Source: Ktedonobacterales bacterium (GTDB lineage: Bacteria > Chloroflexota > Ktedonobacteria > Ktedonobacterales > JADMIN01). Taken from it: a DNA stretch of 32,000 nucleotides. Shown one piece after another: positions 31,939 to 32,000 of this stretch; positions within the stretch are counted from its first letter, which is position 1, and every line of letters starts with the position of its first letter. A program made the position numbers and the translations under genes. The DNA lies in assembly GCA_030167145.1 (NCBI GenBank), contig CP126532.1, positions 30,001-62,000 on the forward strand. The letters run 5' to 3'. The notes beneath the pieces were generated by a model. The model saw only the letters and a program-made list of their open reading frames with translations. It was not told the DNA's origin and did not search any database.

Positions 31939-32000
31939 CTGGCACGTGCTCCTCGACTCGTCGGACGGTCTCGCCCAAATGTGAACCGCTCACTGCCCTT

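Noticed and set aside
1-32000. Search for CRISPR arrays, tRNA/rRNA genes and long tandem repeats
   Set aside because: The intergenic spaces are short (the largest are about 240, 170, 170, 160 and 140 bp) and none shows cloverleaf-compatible or regularly spaced repeat structure. By eye I found only the short motifs listed as features.

Overview
This is a 32-kb chromosomal window, roughly 55-58% GC judged from a few hand-counted 60-nt lines. I saw no rRNA, tRNA or CRISPR array. The proteins resemble those of a monoderm Chloroflexota/Ktedonobacteria-like bacterium, but that is an impression from the sequences, not a search result. Contents from left to right follow. (1) A minus-strand fatty-acid beta-oxidation operon: acyl-CoA ligase, long acyl-CoA dehydrogenase, hotdog thioesterase, thiolase, and the first 23 codons of a 3-hydroxyacyl-CoA dehydrogenase that runs off the left edge. 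It faces a divergent MmyB-like XRE regulator across a 170-bp region rich in repeats. (2) The most unusual locus: two tandem, diverged copies of a two-gene module (SGNH/GDSL lipoprotein esterase plus a ~1,100-aa permease with two FtsX/MacB halves), followed by a single MacB-type ABC ATPase. This looks like a duplicated, enlarged TesA/YbbA/YbbP-like or FtsEX-hydrolase-like type VII ABC system. (3) A HemQ/ChdC-family protein. (4) A minus-strand run of MBL-fold hydrolase, GlgB, AidB-like acyl-CoA dehydrogenase and a sensorless histidine kinase. (5) A small XRE-like protein followed by a membrane-anchored NACHT-type STAND NTPase with C-terminal HEAT repeats, a candidate defence or signalling protein. 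(6) A PduO-type cobalamin adenosyltransferase translationally coupled to an acyl-ACP-thioesterase-like protein. (7) A single-domain response regulator, a 539-aa tyrosine recombinase with low-complexity insertions, a DMT/EamA transporter, and a 445-aa hypothetical protein with a long disordered centre. All functional calls rest on motifs read by eye from the supplied translations; no database search or computation was run.
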